This document shows, one piece after another, positions 63,301 through 64,000 of a stretch of DNA of 64,000 nucleotides. Location: assembly GCA_050084515.1 (NCBI GenBank), contig CM114271.1:21266001-21330000 (forward strand), given 5' to 3'. Positions within the stretch are counted from its first letter, which is position 1, and each line of letters begins with the position of its first letter. Source of the stretch: Blasia pusilla (lineage: Eukaryota). The notes under the pieces are model-generated. The model had not been told where the DNA came from. It searched no databases and was given only the letters and a program-made list of their open reading frames with translations. The position numbers were made by a program, and so were the translations under genes.

Positions 63301-64000
63301 AAAGATTCTCATGATCACGGCTTGTCAACGCGCAACTGATCTGACTTAGTCGATACTCGCGATGTGCCTGATCACATTGTGTAATGTATGTGATGAGCTG
63401 CTGACTTTCAAATTGGAGTGACTGCAGATTTTCAGAGTTGAAGAAGGAGTTCGACCAAGTATTGACTTTACTTTCAAAGGTATTGTTTTCTACCAATGCA
63501 CACTTAATCATCCATATTTTCCACTGAGAGAAAATGCTACTGATTCTACAAAGCCCTTGAAAGGAACTGACAGTCTCGAACTCCTCTGCTTGTGCTCGAC
63601 AGAAAGAAGTGCTGGAAGTTTGGAACTTCTCAACCGTTCATAGCTTGCTTGATCAAGCAGTCAATTAGAGAGAAGCATGAATTTTTATCTGTAACTAGGA
63701 TTTCGAAGAAAGTAGCAAACTATATTGAAACCGGATCTTGGACTTGTGACTAGGTTGAGGAAGAGAGGATACAGCTAGACCAGCGATGTAAAGAGCTTGA
63801 AGGAGCGGCCGTGAAGCAGCGTCAAGGTTCGGGGCACAGTAGTCCTACCCATCCTGAGATTGAGATGATGCAGGTAGCGTCTCACGAGGTCCCTTCGTTT
63901 CTCACTTTCTAAGCAATTTTTCCAGAAACTGAACCAATAGTTGAATCATCTGATAGAGTCCAATGCTTAAGGAGACTACCCTTCTGGATGGTAGCAAAAT
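45355..64000 (+). CDS. BLD10: Multi-exon long coiled-coil protein, BLD10/CEP135-like centriole protein; runs off the window
   Basis: Exon 1 (45355-45720) KLEAWGY...SLVLVERLSNDLTH...LEKLTSENQTLVKE resembles the CEP135 N-terminus as I recall it. Phase-compatible exons with splice sites at 51914-52042, 52487-52552, 52689-52754 (GC donor), 53075-53118, 54321-54446, ~54910-54991, ~55400-55576 and ~57901-58008. Heptad peptides include LGKERDHLQAE, KEKEHDELLHLY and ERIRELEHLLA. Not every exon is resolved. Confidence 0.75.
53500..54150. other. Compositionally foreign intronic insert, possibly organellar (mitochondrial intron/spacer-like) DNA
   Basis: CpG-rich G/C-run segments alternate with very AT-rich runs inside intron 53119-54320, unlike the neighbouring introns. 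Confidence 0.35.
59394..61307. mobile_element. Intronic LTR-like insertion containing a ~550-600 bp direct repeat (59922-60468 / 60694-61307)
   Basis: Duplicated block ttttagaat..cagagtttctctacaacc to gttactatgttttacaaca, with internal gcaaccactcaggttag subrepeats. Candidate TG...CA ends flanked by TAATA (59389-59393 / 61308-61312). Confidence 0.6.

Overview
Eukaryotic DNA, most likely from a seed-free land plant such as a bryophyte (inferred from plant-type TEs plus a centriolar BLD10/CEP135-like gene). Bases 1-44 kb are a nest of decayed transposons, and 45.3-64 kb is a many-exon + strand coiled-coil gene resembling BLD10/CEP135. The standout is a Ty3/Gypsy family present in two copies (1-9303 +, 5'-truncated by the window; 19495-28943 -, full length with 4-bp TSD TACG) plus a gag relic. 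Its polyprotein reads gag - protease - DNMT3-like cytosine-C5 methyltransferase - RT - RNase H - DDE integrase - PHD finger. Its ends are not ordinary LTRs but split direct repeats (A ... B-A-B), the layout known from tyrosine-recombinase retroelements. Also present: a nested Copia element, solo LTRs with TSDs, a MULE/SWIM-type gene split by the Gypsy copy, two chromovirus 3' halves forming a ~5.7 kb inverted structure, fold-back filler DNA at two deletion junctions, several tandem arrays, and a 10-mer (GGAAGGCATT) scattered through the MULE-associated DNA. All protein calls come from motif recognition by eye; no database search was run.
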